Shown piece after piece: positions 38,301 to 53,800 of a stretch of 64,000 nucleotides of DNA. How positions within the stretch are numbered: the first letter of the stretch is position 1; every line of letters begins with the position of its first letter. The translations under genes and the position numbers were made by a program. This DNA comes from Balanoglossus misakiensis (lineage: Eukaryota; Animalia; Hemichordata), in contig CM082576.2 of the NCBI GenBank assembly GCA_040954595.2, positions 7,691,129 to 7,755,128 of the forward strand, written 5' to 3'. Below the pieces are notes generated by a model, which was not told the origin of the DNA, ran no database searches, and saw only the letters and a program-made list of their open reading frames with translations.

Positions 38301-38813
38301 GCTCTGATTGTTAGTAAACAAACATCCCTGATCACCTCATTTTGAATGTAAACACACACCTAAATCTAGTCGCCCAATGCTAGTCATGATCTCTTTCTTT
38401 TTTAAAAGCAACAAAAAGATAACATCCTTGAAATGCACAAATCACAGCCATGCTTTTTCTTTGTACAGCAGAGAGGAAAAAAGAATCCTTTTTGTAAGTA
38501 TGATTGCACAAAAAACTGAGCTGAAATTTTTCTTTCCTACATTGGCATCACTTCAGCATTTTGGTAAAGAAACAGACGAGAAAGCACCTCATGTACATTA
38601 AAGACTTCATAAATATCCTTTTGACTTGCAGAAGTAAATACCGTTTCCTGGCTTCGGTCTGACCTCTGACCCTTGACCCTGACGAGTGTCTCCCACAGTA
38701 GAGTTGCGCTTAATCCAAATACCATGCGTTTAATACTGTCTGTACATTTTAGTGTCATTTCACGTATACGCACATCCACCCTGATCCGACAATCCTTCTC
38801 TTTATGTCCGTTC

Positions 38814-41800
38814 TCAGTTCAGATGGAATCCCTTTTCCTTGGTGGCTGCCAGAAGCTTTTCCCGCATGATTTCCTCCGTCGAATACTCCGGCAGTTTCAA
38901 GTAATGCACGCAGGTGTTGACCGAGGGATAGGTGGTGTCGGCCGCGTCCACTTTGCGCACGATGGTCAGTCGCGGGTGCAAGTTCATCAGACCGCCGGGA
39001 GGCAGCGAGGAACAGCCGGTGACGAACTGCATGAAGGCCTTCCGCTCGTCCGGGTCGAGCGAGCACACCACGTTGACGAATCTCAGGAATACGGGGCTGT
39101 GGAAACAAGAACACACACGTCAGACAAAGTACAGTTACAGGGACTTAGCGATTCTGCACACGCAGGTCAGCTGATCCAAAGCTGGAAATGAGCCACAACG
39201 AACAATGCAATAGCAATGCTTCACAGCTTGAAGTTTATGAACAGACTGAAACGTTAGCCTTACCTCTCCCTGGTGTAGCCCAGTTTTGGCTCGGTGTAAT
39301 TCAAGATATCATCCCTGGTCCAGTTGGGTGCCTGGTCTCCGCACAGCATCATCTGCACCTCAGCCGGACTGAACGAGTGCAGCTTCTCCATGGGAAAGGC
39401 TTCGTTAAAGCCGTCTGAGGAAAAATATGATTGATAATAATACATATAGTTAATACTTTGCTACAGAAGCAACCAAGCAGTTCCTCGTGGGTGTGATTTT
39501 CTCATGTATTACACAAATACTGGGATGAGACAGATGGAGCTTAACACCACAAAGGAAATATCAGAGAACAGAGGAAAGAAATCCTGCCGCCTGGCTTCCT
39601 TTGATGTTCTACAACCCGCAGGTCAAGTTTACATCTCTGTTGCCAAACAATACTTACTTCTGAAAGCTTCTATCTGTCGTCTAATGCCAGTGTGTAGACA
39701 GAAATCGGTCACTGCTTCAATGTACTCTTCAGCGTTTTCCAGCGTCACAATCTCATCCTCGCCGTTCGGTTTGAGATCCACAGCAGTGAAACCGTAGACT
39801 TTGGACGAAGGGTTGAACTGGAAAGTTAATCTGGAAAAGGCAATTATGTGACACTCTGTGAATAAATCTCTGGAATGGTTTTTCTGTTGAACTTGAAATG
39901 AGTGAAACTACGGTTGTATTCCATAACCATCAACAACACAGCATAATTATTCCCAAACTCACCCCAAATGCTCTAATTTACAAGGTGGCCCTGATCCAGC
40001 CGGTCCCTCTATGCACAGATTCTGGATCTGGTTGTTCCTCTCTTCCTCGGACAGCGACTTGTCCATGAAGATTCGCTTCCTCCTGCCCAGCAGATCCTTC
40101 AGCTGATTCAGGAACTTGGCCCGGTGCGGGTTGATCAGCTCAAAGTCCTCCCACGTCAGCAGTCCCGCGAACCAGGCCGGCGACTTGGTCTTGGGCGGGT
40201 CCAGGATCAGCTCCGACTTGGAGTCCTCCTCGGGGAGACTGGACAGCTGCTCGTGGTAGTCGTCGATGGAGGCCTCCGATTGGCTCTCCAGGGAGCTGAC
40301 CTCGGGGTCGTGCAGGGTGGAGTCCAGGTAGGGCTCGTGGATGCTGCTGCCGGCCTCGCCCATGCACATCAGCTTGAGGAAGGGCCGGGAGAGCGGGATG
40401 TCCACCAGCCGGCCGTCCTGGATGCACTTGGACAGGAAGATGCCCAGGAAGTAGAAGATCTGCACCACCCGGTCGGTGTCTTCGTTGTCTTGAGGTAGAG
40501 GGGCTGTAAAGAGGCCACTTGTACGCTGAACGTAGTAGCCCGGCGGTTTAGTACCATGACCAATGTCAACCTAAAACACGAGAGAGTATTGAACATTGCA
40601 AATACGATACCACTGAAAGCGTGACATCGTTTCTGTTCCAATACAGAAGTTCAGTAAAGGGCAATTAACCTCCGAACTTTCTGTTTTCATTTTGGTTCAA
40701 TGGTCAGACACAAGTCTTCCATAAATGTAAACAAAAACTGACCTTTGAAAAATAATCCATTTGCCATCAAATGGTAACAGAAACAATTATGAAACTGCAC
40801 CTTCGCCTATGACTCACTTCTTCATATAGTCACATTTCCATTATTCAATGAAGTTTTAATGACCAGATGTCTATTAATCATGAAATGTGACTGACCTGTC
40901 TGGCTCGATCATCAGCGAAATCATCTTCGCATATCCACAGACCCATGGTCTTCTTCTGTAACTCAGCGGCGATCAGAGCATAGAACTCCAAGGTGGGGCC
41001 CAGGCCTGTGCCTTCCTCTCCAATGAACTCCACCTGAAATAAATAATACAGTCACGAGTTGTTACATATCAGAATGTAACTACATGTACATGGGTCTTAC
41101 CAGGATATTCACACAATCTTGTTTGAATTTAGTCATAACAAAACCCTTCCAACAGTGGTGTGTATGCAGGAGTTAACATCATTCTCACAAGTGAAATGCG
41201 AATGTTTCAGACAGGACAAGAGACCAAATACGACATCGACACAGAAACCATTTTTCTTCTCCTACCTCCAAAATGGATTTGCTGTTGCAGTGGAACTTCA
41301 TCACGTTCATGGCCCACTCCAGCAGCTGCGACCCCCGGGGGACCTTGACCCTCTCGTGCTTCAAGCGTCCCACCCGGTACTCGTGCTGGTCGTCACGCCT
41401 CGACGTCGGCGTTCTCTGCCTCTCCAGGGTGGCGTCGCGCTTGTCCTGCAGCCAGGAGATGGCCCTGGAGACGCCGAAGGCCGTGCAGGAGAAGAAGAGG
41501 GAGCGGGTCTCGAAGGGGAACAGCATGGGGCACCTGTTGGTCAGCTTCTCGCACCAGTCAGGGAGTGCCAGACTGGCTAACACCAGTGGATCCTGTGCGA
41601 AAGGGAGATTACAAGTTTCGCAAATTACTCCACACAAAGTTACATTGATGAATTTTCGTACGGAAATCCAAACTATGTTCAAATACCCTACTTTCTTGGA
41701 TACATACCTGCACTTGTTGTAGCAGCTTGGTTGTTAGTTTCTTGCTGTGGAACTCTTCCAATGAAACATTGAAGTGATGTATCGGCACTCCTGTGGGAAA

Positions 41801-44800
41801 TACATTGAGATACAATATTAAAATCCAAATCCTGAAATCCTAGGACAATTTTTGCCGGCAAATCTGATCATGCTTTTTGACATGTAGATTTACATACACA
41901 CCAGTCAACCAGTGGAATACGAGTGATGGTAATGACAAAACCTCACTGGTGATAATAGGTCATCTCAATCACTTTGGTGACAATAGGAGAAATCTAGACT
42001 GGGCTGCAGTGAAACTTCACCAACGTCACACACTGTAGCAACACACACACACTCCTTACCTTCCCTTCTCCTGTTACTGACATCAGTCGCCATACCGTAC
42101 AGCAGTCTCAGCAACTGCAAGACATCGTCCACGGTGCAGGCAGATGGATCTGTTCTGTTCTTCTGTTGTGGCATGTCAGTGTCGCTGATTATCCTGCTCG
42201 ACCTAGTGGCTACCGGCTTGTGTTTGGGTGACGTCGGCTTGGAACTGATGCCGCAGAATTCCTACGGGTGAAACAACTCAGATTTACTATGCTTGCAATT
42301 TACAAAAATTTACTCCAGCTTGCCTACACAAACACTTACTCCAGGATATGTAACAAGTAGTGGCCAATTACTGTTACACATTAAATACCAAACATTTATG
42401 TACGATGCAAAAATACTACACATGCAGGCAAGTTGATGACCAGATTCCATTTTTGTTCAGTTGAACACCTCTCATATACATTTCACTCTTACCTTGTATG
42501 CTGCCACCAGCTGTGAACAGTTTCTGTTTTTCCTGATGTTCTTGGGTGTTCCAGTCAGCTTCCATCTCCTCAGGAAATGGATATCGGCATTCCTCTGTAA
42601 GTAGGTGATCAGCTCTGACTTGGGCAGCTCATCGGTTCCAAGCTGACCCTCCACGAAACATATCGACCAACGTCCCTGCAGAAGAAATAATATGCAGTGT
42701 CTTACTTTGTACAAACAGTCAAATGAATGGCACCTGCTGCCATGCAAAAAAGTCCTTATCTTGAGATGGGCCTGGCAGCTTGCATGTTATGAGCACATTT
42801 CTTTCACTTGAGTGACTTTTGAGTTCCTTTCGGGCAATATATACCCCAGAGAATTTTTTCATAGTACAACAAATATGCTTTCATCTTACCCCTGCATTCT
42901 CAGAGTCTGGCGAACTATCCTCCGGTTTCATTTCACGATATGTTACACTGTGAAAAATCAAACATTAATGATTAAATGATGCTGCAATTTTTGTGCCAGT
43001 TAAAATTTCCCGTACCACTAGCGAGGCACACACTGGCAAATACCAACTGCTGTCTCTTATTCCAAGAGTGTAATAATGAACTTACATGTACGTTGGTTCC
43101 CATATTCTTCTAAGCCTATCCTGTTTGATGCCCACTGCTGTCTTGGTGTACAGTTTCTGTACATGTTTGAAGACTGTGGATTCCAGGTCTTCCAGTTTCA
43201 CTTCCGTCTCTTCCAGCTGTAGGAAGAAAACGTACCCCATCAGCTAAGCGCAACAAATTGGTGTTCCTTGCAAAACACTCTCTGGTGTTCTGATACAAAG
43301 ACAAGGATCATTCCTGATATGAAACAGGATCAACAGTGTACACCTACCCCTGGCAATCCTGGTCCTCTGATGAACAGTGTCAGTCTCGGTGAAGGTATGG
43401 CTTCCGATTCATCCCGGAATGCGCCCTCTGCAGAACCTAAAATCAACCAGAAACAGAATGAGGACTATGCTAAGACTATGGACTTATCCCTCAGCAAGGA
43501 ATCTCTGCATCTGTACCACTGAATCACTACAACAGTAGCTGAATTACACCTTCCTCAGTTACACTTAAATGACATTTTTGTGTCTTTGACAGTTATCCCC
43601 CTGCAGTACTCCTATCACACAGGGATGGTTATGGATCATATTCAAACACACAAAGTCACAGCATGGGTGACTGCACTGACCTGGTGAGGGTATCTCCACA
43701 TCCACCGTCTGCTGTACATTGGTTCTTCCAGGTCTGGGATCAAAGGCAGGCACAAGAGCTGAGAACTGTCTCTTCAACACATACTCGTCATCCCATGTCC
43801 TCCTCCTGCCTCCTCTTGCTTCGTACTCATCATCCTCCTAAAAAAAATATTACCAGGGGAAGGGGGGAAGGAAAGAGGGGAAAGTTAGGAGGGTGGGACC
43901 AATATTGAGCAAGAATGTACGTAGGAGTTATTTTTGCACAGGATGTTTGTATCTGTACAAAGACAATGAATCCTGGTGCCCAATTTTACTCAAGAAACTT
44001 TTAAAAGCTGTACTCGACCTAGAAGAAAATGCCAATAGGCTGTGCAGAAAGGGCACATATGTCAACCGTTCACAAGACAAACACCAGAAAATTTGGCACT
44101 TACGAGAACTTCCTCGTACAGTTCCTCCTCGTCTTCATTCTCGTCTTCGTTCTCATCATCGTCGTCGTCCGGCTCCGGGAGATCCTCATCGTCCTCCAGC
44201 TCAGCCAAGAGGGTGCTGGCCCGACAACTCTCCAGGAAGTCGTCGCTCTCGCTGGACGAGGTCAAGCTCATGGTCAACCCCGTGCACAGGCTGGCAGCAA
44301 CTGTGGATGTAGTGTTAACTGTGTTAGCTGCAGCTTGGCAAGTGGTTAAGGTGACACTAGATCTGGCGCCCCCACTAGTTGTCAAGTTGGGTAGGCTTTG
44401 TGTGCTGCTCCACACATTACCTATGAATAACAACAACATGGGAAAACACATTCTGTGCAATGTATGCAGATGGTTTTTGAAAAAAAAGGAAAAAAAAATA
44501 TTTTCTATTTTACTCCTACAAGGTGAGACCCGTGATGACTGGGTGAGGATTATTGCAGTCCGACACGCAAGTTTCAATTTTCTTCAATTCTGGCTGAAAT
44601 GTGCGACACTGGATTTTACTAGGAATGGTGAACAACTTGTTTCATACTGTGATATCAGGGAGACTAGTGTAACGATGTGAATGGAAACAGGAGCTTGGTC
44701 AAATGCGCATGCACTAGCGCCATTGTGGCTGTATGGCTACAAGCTCATAGTGTAATATTATCTAGACATCAATGTCACGTTTGTTTCAAAATTTGGTGAG

Positions 44801-47800
44801 AATATCACAATCTGCAGTAATCCCCATTGATTCGATGATACAACGGCAATGTTGAAATCAAGCATGACTGTTAGAACCACTACGAGCACTACTGAAAACA
44901 AAACAGTTTAACTTGCACTAAATGCATGCAGAGACAGGCACGAGACAAAACTGCATGTTCCGGAACTTATTGGAATATTTACACAACTATGATTCCTTGA
45001 CCCTGCGTTGCCTGAAAGTTACGCCACCACGAAACGGCAGAAGAACTGTTACTGAGGCTTTGAGAGCGGACACTGACTTAAATGGACACTTACTGTTAGA
45101 GGGCACAGCGGCAAATGGGAGTCTTCCCAGACTGCCGGCCGTTCCCACGCTGCTTCGCATCATGTTGTTGCTGGCCCCGCCCACCATGCCACTGCTGCGA
45201 CGGGCCACTGCAGCGAAGCTCTCCAGGAGATTGGCTGCGGGGCTACTCAGATTGGGTACGCTGACACTCATGCTACTGGTGCTGCCGGCCGAGGACGGAT
45301 CTGAAAGGGAATGCGGTTGGAGCATGAAATGGACAGTACTATAGGAGGATTGAAAGATTCTATTAAATGATGTGTCATCATTCACACAATGTCTGTTAAT
45401 TTCTGATTATGGTTACCTGTTGTATCTTTGGAATCTTCCGAGACTGTACTCTCCAAGGGTCCCTTGCTCTTCCTGTTTTTCTCATCTGAAAAAGGGATCG
45501 TGACGACAGTCAGGGAGAGTGATCTCACAGTGAAATATAGTGTGAATACCAGACTGTGCATATTAAAGTTTTGAGGGAGGTAAAATGTTTACAATGTCTT
45601 TGCAATATATACATGTCCTAGTGACGGCAATCTCTGTCATGGTTTCTGGACGTTATGAACATTAAAATGCACATCAGCAGTCAAATCAACTTTGCATTCC
45701 AACATCGAAGCACCACTCGCTCACTCACACACCTTTTGTTTTCAACAATGCTGCTTCAGATGCGCTAGGAGTTGCAGCCATGGCCCCTGCCTCACCAAGG
45801 GCTGCTGCAGCACCACATTCGCTGGACAGCGCTGCGAGCACGCCTTCCGCAACGGCGACGGCAGCTGCAGCATCACTGGAAGATACAGAATCTGAGAGAG
45901 AGAGGGAGAGAGAGAAAGATGATGTTTAGTTATTATACATAGAGAATTGAGAATTGGTCCTGGGTGACATGGTTACATTCAACACAGCTCAGTATCATTC
46001 TAACCAGTTTTATTGGGACAGGATGACATCGTTTTCTCACCTTTGAAGCTTGCTTTGCCCTCGGCATCGCCACTCAGGGTGGGACTGGAGCTGCTCTTCT
46101 TGCTGACCAGAGCACTGGCAGTGGTGACGCCCTTGGCAATGGAGCTGGGGGTAGTACTGGTGGTGTCCAGCTTGGCTGCCTTGGATAGTCTACCCACCAG
46201 AGTGCTCTCGCTGATGGGAACGTGTGAGGGGGCCAACTGCAGGTCGTATTTGCCCTCGGCGCCCATGCGGTAGGAGTTGGAGCCACCGTGGTCCCACGTC
46301 ACGTCGACCCAGCCTTTTGGAAATGCACATTTAATATTCAGGTTAGCAGGAACTGATTGCGGTCACAGTAGAAAATGACACATCACATGGATGTCAAAAC
46401 TAACATGGAGATATCTAGTTACTAGAGATGCCATGACGTGTGCCAATGTTCACACAAACTGATGGACAGACTTTGTACAGCAAGGAAAGACAACATGCAT
46501 CTTTTGAAGTATACATCAGCTCCAGAAAAGACTGAACACATGTGGGACAATAGATACGGACAGAAGCGCTGGTGCTGGTCTTCAATATAGCTTTGGTTTT
46601 CGCACATACACAATGACAAATAGCCAAGTTGAAATTTGCTTTCAACATGCAACATGTTAAGAAACTGCCATGCAAGGCGCATAGGTGCTGGTCTTGAGAG
46701 CTTCTTGCAACCGTTTGCATGTTTATAACACAGGGCCACTGATACGACCAACAGTTAAAATGGTCACAAGATTAAACCATATGGAGTCCCCTAAAAGTAT
46801 ATTAGTGGTTTCTGTGAGTGAATACAACTAACACACATACGAATACAGTTGGTATCAAATTGTCAGCCACAAAGAGAGATCTTGTTTTAACTATTAAGGG
46901 ATGTCTGTCTGAACAGTGGCTCCACGTTATAAATCTGCAAATGGCTGCAAAGGAATACCACTACTATACCAAAGTATTACCAATGCTTTAACTCAAGGGT
47001 CGCTTTTTTGTTTATTTGCAGCATTTTTTTTGCTTACCATTATGCAACTCTCCCGTAACAGTACCTTCTTGTGGCGGGCTCCCATCTTGGTCGCGCCACT
47101 TCCAGTCCATGCCCCGCACCACTCTGGCGCCCACCGACATCTGCCTCAGCACCTGCGATCTCACCAGCCTTCGTTGTCGTCTCATGTTGGCCTCTGCTTC
47201 TTTGGCAGCTTTGCCTGTTAGAGCAAACCAAAATGGCGATGATTTGCGGGGGTGAAGCAAATCCAACAAGTCTGATCGAACAGGCTAGGAGTTGTGGTCA
47301 GGCTGGTGTAGTTTAGCTGAAGACCACTGGCAGTAAATTATTTTGCTAATAAACAGAGTTATTGATCAGACAGGGCTTGGGGGAAAATGAAGGCTGGGCT
47401 AGTGACAGCCTCACTGGCATATGATAATGTGCAGAAAATACCAGCACATGCAGATAAAAGGGCGGGCTGCCTTCACCCACCCAGAAGTGGACAGGTCCGA
47501 CTTCTCTACTGACAACAATGGGGGCTACACCAAGCTGCAACGGTGGAGGGGTGGGTTACGCCACACACTTACCCAGCTGATCCTCGCAGGCACCAGTGAC
47601 AGTACCGTAGATCTCAAAGCCCGACAAGGACAAGTAGTGAGTCTGGCCGCTGGCGTTCTTTCCCATCTGTTGCAGCCGGATGTGTCTCCAGCCTTGCTTC
47701 TCCTCATCTGTGCTCTCAATGGGCCAGGTGGCAGTGGACCTGTGTTTGTACGGCACAAATCACACAAGTTTTACTTTGCCATCCTTTGTACAGGGTAAAC

Positions 47801-50800
47801 TCCTCTACAAAACTCCCCCCCCCCCCCTCCTCCTGGATGAGCATAACATTGTATAACTTACCCTGGCTCATTCAGGGAGCAATCGTCCACGTGATTATAC
47901 AGAGTTGTCCAGTTGTGGCCGTCCTTGGACACTTGGAACAGCCAGTTGCGCAGAGCTGACCTGCCGTAACCCCTCGCGTGTCGCAGTGTGTATCCGGACG
48001 GAATCAGCCACAGACCCAAGTCGATTGCAAACCATGCATTCCTGTTGTGTGCAAACAGAGGCAGTTCAGTTTAGTATCTGTATGCACATTTATGTCTTTT
48101 AATTCTTTGCCTCTGTCAAACCCATCGTCTATGCACGGGTTTGACTTCAACTGGTGAGAGAGATCTGGAGGCGGTTTCACTTACTTGTCGTCGTTTGTGT
48201 GACAATTCAGAGCTGACGAGTCTCTACTGAGGATGTCTTCCAGTCGGCCGTAGGGAAGGTTTCTGCCCTCTGATGAACTGATGGCCACCAATCCATACTG
48301 ACCGGGATTAACCCATTCATATGCTGTCCTGAAATGGTGGGAAGATGTGTGTGAGCATGTTATGGTATTTATACTATACATGAAGCTGCCTGCTTCTTTA
48401 ACTCACCATCAATGGACACATATACGTGAAGACAACAATTCACACATTTCTATTTTTTATTTTTTCAAGCATGCTTTGGGTCAAAACAGTTCATTTTTTA
48501 ACTTACTTTGCATTCGTCCCTATCCAGTGAATGATGCCATTCTCATCGAAGTCGCGCTGATGTCGGAATGCGAGGGAGGGCCCCTCTTTGGCACGTTTCA
48601 CAAAAGTAAATGTGGATCTGTCATAGTCATACCATTGCTTTGCAACCTGTGAGACAGAAAAGATCCAGATCAAAAATCAGTCAGGCAATGTCGAGAGAGG
48701 AAATTTTGATCATGATCAGTGGGTCTGTCAGATATTACTTCTCAACAAACCAAATGGGCAAACGATTCAACATCATACTTCCCAATTTTGGAATGGTAAA
48801 TTACAAATATGGCTGCAACCTACCATTTTCAGTAAATATCTTTCCAATGTTCCCACAGTAGTCAGTGGTTCCATCTTCAGCGTTCTGCCAGTTCTGTCGA
48901 TCAGAGATGTCTCCCCTGTTGCTCTCTCAAGTCGAAACCTGATTCTTCTCGTCAAGACCTGAGAAAAAAAATGTTTTATAGTCAGTGCCTTTCCCATCAA
49001 GTTTGGTCTCTGTTCAATGCAGTAAATAATCAATTTCCTCTTGGTAACTCAAATTGATGGAGTGGGTAAATAACATGTGTATGCAGGGCAGCTAAAATCA
49101 CTGCCAAGTATATATATGCCTACATACCTGTATTCCATAGCCAGAGCCTGGGGCATCGTAGAGGTAGAGGGGTAACTTCTCTATTGACTCCAGCGATGCT
49201 ATCAGTTTGCGCACCAGCATCACCGCCGGACAGGTCACGTTGTCGTCGTCTACGTCTTCATCTCTGAACGCTGATTTGAAAACACCTATTCGCTCGATGA
49301 TCCTGTTGTTGCAGCATGCTTCGTCGTATGTCTGTACCAGTGACAAAGGGGGCGGGGGGTACAATGTCAGTACATGTATGTGATGATAACAGTGTCTGTG
49401 TTTTTAACTGATAAATGTATCAAACTTTTTAAAAAGCGCATTTTGGTGATAGGGGATGTCAAAGATAACATAACTTACATTGTTGAGACATCGGAGTAGT
49501 GCCTGCACAAGTCCACTACTGTGTAATTCATATGCCGACAGGGTATTTTCATCTTTAAGCAGTAGTGTTAAAGATTCTAGAGCTGTCTTCATCTGCTCTG
49601 ACCAACTCATTTCACTCCCAGTGAGCTAAAAGGAAAGAGGAAATCGAAATTATGAATAAGAGACCCCACAAAGAATGATCTGATTCCCCATTATTGGACA
49701 CAGGAGTCATTCACATTTTACAAGTTTTCATGTCAATCATACAGAAGCATGTTTGCCTTTCACGTTACCTTGGATGAGTTGTTATGTGCATCGCACGCTG
49801 CTTCTAACTGACAAACTATGGATTTCAGTTTGGAGACGACTCCTCGTGGTGAGGCTTGAGCTGCCCGGAAATATTTCTCATACAACTCCTGTCCCAGCTG
49901 TTTCACCTGCAATAATATGCACAGTTTTAAAATAAGACTCTAAATCATTACTCTTTCCCTCTTATTTATCCATTGTGTGTGAATAAGAAGTTGTTGAATG
50001 AACAGCAAGCTGAGCACAACAAAGTGAATGATATAATACTCTACAGGACACATTCATCTTTCTACTCGGGAATCCCACATCATTCCTTAACAATATCCCC
50101 CATTTCCTTACCCTTTGTTTGACGGCTTCAATCTTGGACCGAAGTCTCTTCCCTCTCTTCCCACTCCATCCGGTGGAAAATTCCGGACCCAGAGACGTCT
50201 CCGCTGTGAAAGAGTGCTTGGTCCCTCGGTTGGACTCAAACACAAACCCTGGTAGTTCCTCACGTAGAACAGTTGCTTGCTGCTTATAAAATCAAAAACA
50301 GTGACAAATTTAAAAAAAAATCAATCACACCATTATGTCATTTTTGTTGCTCTTCTAGTGATCTAGTGATTCAAGCATCAATAGGGTAAACTTCATGTTC
50401 AAGTTCAGTGATGATGTGACTTAACTCTTCCATGGTTGGACACAGACATTGGGTCGACCTGACCATCATGTTTTTTTAAGGACTCTATGACCGGCATATA
50501 GAATTCACCACTGGCAGAATCTACATTATCTACAACACACTGAACACCTCACTTCCACTCACCTGCTGGCCATCTGAGTTCTGTATCGTCAGTTCACCCT
50601 CTTTACGACACGACAGAGTCCAGTTGCCGACCACTAACTTGGCAGGCCCGGCAGACGACAGCACAGGCTGACTTGACGTCCCTGGTTTCACCTGTCCCCT
50701 TGCCCTCTGAAGTTTCTCTAGGAATTCACCTCTACTCTCTGGTGACAAAAAAGAGAAAAATGTTCACTTTGTTATGCCTCAGAGAATCAAGTTGTTTCTC

Positions 50801-53800
50801 TGTGTTTTTTAACAAGTGTTTTCCTCCTTATATAGAGGGATTTTACAAAGCCGATGTCATGTCTTTGATTTAATTGATATTACTACTTCAAAGGGATAAT
50901 GAAACAAGCAGTATAGCAATATACATACAGTACTCATGTAATCGTTTACAGGGAAACCTCTCACGTTTGTGTCAACTCGTCCGTATCACCCTAACGGAGC
51001 TACATCATAACATGTTCCCACACACTGTATCAGCCTATAGGAAAATGGCCTGGCCCATCAAACCTTCACCTCTCATTTCTCTCTAGGAAGCAAAACCCAC
51101 ACACAGCTACTTACCAGAGCTATCTGATCCCCCCTCCGGGCTCCCACTGGAATACATAGTGGCCAGTTTCCCATCCAGGATAAAACGGAACCATCCGTTG
51201 CTGCCATTGGACAACTCCAGAGCGGCAGCGTCACTCCATATGTACAAGCAATCCCGACCCCTGGCCAGACACCATTCTCTCCAGTGGTACGGCTTCCCTT
51301 GGAGTATTTCCTTGGCGTCTTCCAGTTGGGGTTCCTCCTCATCCTGTCAGGGAATGACCGGAGAAGTGACAGAAGGGATTAATACTTGGCGTGCCATGGG
51401 AAGTGTCTGAGAGGGGGGAGGGACAGAGTGACAGAGAAAGTGACAGAAAAAGCAAGATAGAGAAACAGAGAGAGACAGAACTAAATCTTACATCTTTAGC
51501 CACAGCACCTTCTTCCAGCTCCTCGGGAGGCCCGGCCAGATTGAAGACTTTACTAATGACTCCAAGCCGGGCAAAATGTACTGTAAATATATCGTGACCC
51601 TTTTTCATCAGGTCATCAATGATCTGCAGAGCCGTCAGGTGACCGTCATCATCATCCTAGCAAATAAACAGATACATGCATTCAATCAGAAACCACTGAT
51701 TAGCCCCCGAGGGGATTGTGTGCAAACATCAGATGACACTAGCGAGGCTCTTACACTACAAATGAGCAATTGCAGTTTATTACTCCCGAGAACAAGATTG
51801 CATCTAAAGACTGATTTTCTCCATAGTTTTTTTTTTACACATGTCATGAATATTCAGAGATGCCATCTTGCTCTGGGGAATATTAATTACACCCGACTTA
51901 CATCATGATCTAGAACAATAGCCAGAACTTCCACAAGCACTGAGGTAAAATTGTATCCTGTTCCTTCGTCCTCGCACACTTCAATGAGCAATGCGGGCGC
52001 AATGTAATGTACCATCTTACGGATCAAAGCTAACGTAGCTTTCCTGTTGAAATACAGCAACATATGTCACACATTAACACTCTACAAAAGTAGTGAAAAG
52101 GAGCCACAATGTTTTCTGATGCACATCTAAGAACTTTTTTGATTGAAAAATAGAAATTCTAATCTATTCTTTATTAATGTACTGTACTACTTCCAAGTCT
52201 ATGAATTAAAAGTAAAAAGTGTGGCAGTGAGCATAAGATAGAATTTTTTCCATGCAGGGTAAGAGAGGTCAAAAAGAAAAGTTCAAATTAAGGTCACACC
52301 GTTAAACCTTACAGTGCCTGTCATTGATATGTTAATCTTATTACCATGTCTAGTCTGCATTTGACTGAGGACCTTTCTGAGCATGTGCAGAGATGTCTTG
52401 CATATTAATTAGGTAGTTATATGGCTTCCCTGTCAAGTGTGTGTTTCTGGAGGAATGTCAACAAGTCCTACCGGTACCTGTTGTATGCAGAAAACCTGTA
52501 AGTTTGGGAACTCTTATCAACAAACAACCCTTACCTTACAGAAGGCAGCATGGTGTTCTGATAGACCTGAGCAAATATGGGAAGCAACTTTCTCAGGTAG
52601 ATGGGAGCCATCTCCGGGTCGCCTTTGGGTTCGTCGTCCTCTGGCTCGCTTTCGGGTTTCTTGATGCTCTCTTCCGTGGCCGAGGTTCTCTCCGTGGGCG
52701 CTGATACCGGCACCATCCACTCACCTAATTATGAATGAATTGATACTTCAGCTCAAGTTCGTGTTCATACTGCTTGTCACATGCCAGTTACAAACAGGTA
52801 AAAAAATTTTTTGCAAGTGAACTTTATGACAAGACTATTTTATTGAAATCCCTGTTTCGCCACCAGTACTGCCATATTCTGACAAACTTACCCGGGGACT
52901 GCAGGATCTGAACCACTTCTCTGTGACCCTCGTCGCTTCTTTCCCGGGCCTTCTCCAGCGGCGTCTTCCCGTCCTCGTCTCGGAGATCTGGATTAGCACC
53001 ATGTCTAAGCAAGGTCTGTGGGTGGGAAATATCAGTCATGCACAATTCATATGGAAAAGGTTCACTTCTGTGATGGTGAGTGGCAAGCCTTAAGTTATAA
53101 GAATCATTCAAACAAGCAACTGACCAAATGTTGATTTCACCACTAGTTAGCGAACAAAAATTAATATTCATCTCATTTTACTTTCCCCATTACTGAAATT
53201 CTCTGGAAGACTTTTCCATTGCTACGTTACCTTGGCAACTTGTGGTCTACCGAAGCAGGCTGCATAGTGTAATGAAGATGACCTCTGACCTCGGTTGACA
53301 TCAGCACCTCTCTCACACAGAAACTCGACCTTGAAACGAAGAGAGACCCCAAATGAAAATTAACATACAATCAGTGCAGCCAAGGGCGTTCTTTTAAAAA
53401 ACGTGAAGCCTCAAAGCTGTCAGACGGTTTATAAAGCGTTTAATGGAATGAAGACAAACGACACAATGGGGTGCCTTTGATTCGCGAATTGAAGCTTACC
53501 ATTTCCTGAGTTCCAAATGCTGAAGCCCAATTAAGGAGTGTCTGACCTACATCGTCCATGTAATTCACCTCAAAGGCTGCAAGGCAAAGCGGTAAAAGTG
53601 TTCAGTGTCATGTTGCGATCTGCAGGAACATGTATTCCTGGGTTTCCCTACTGGCATGTTTGGGACACAAATCGTGTGGGAACACAAACTAAATTATGCC
53701 GTATTAAAACTACACAGTTTCACTTCTTGCTCATTGCTCATGTACCTGTGCATGCATGTTGTGTATGGTGTGCATGCACACACACACGCATACAAACATA

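Noticed and set aside
40124-40498. Long antisense or alternative-frame ORFs over GC-rich exons (also 10372-10814, 38673-39191, 44042-44680)
   Set aside because: Shadow ORFs caused by GC3-rich codon usage of the real exons.
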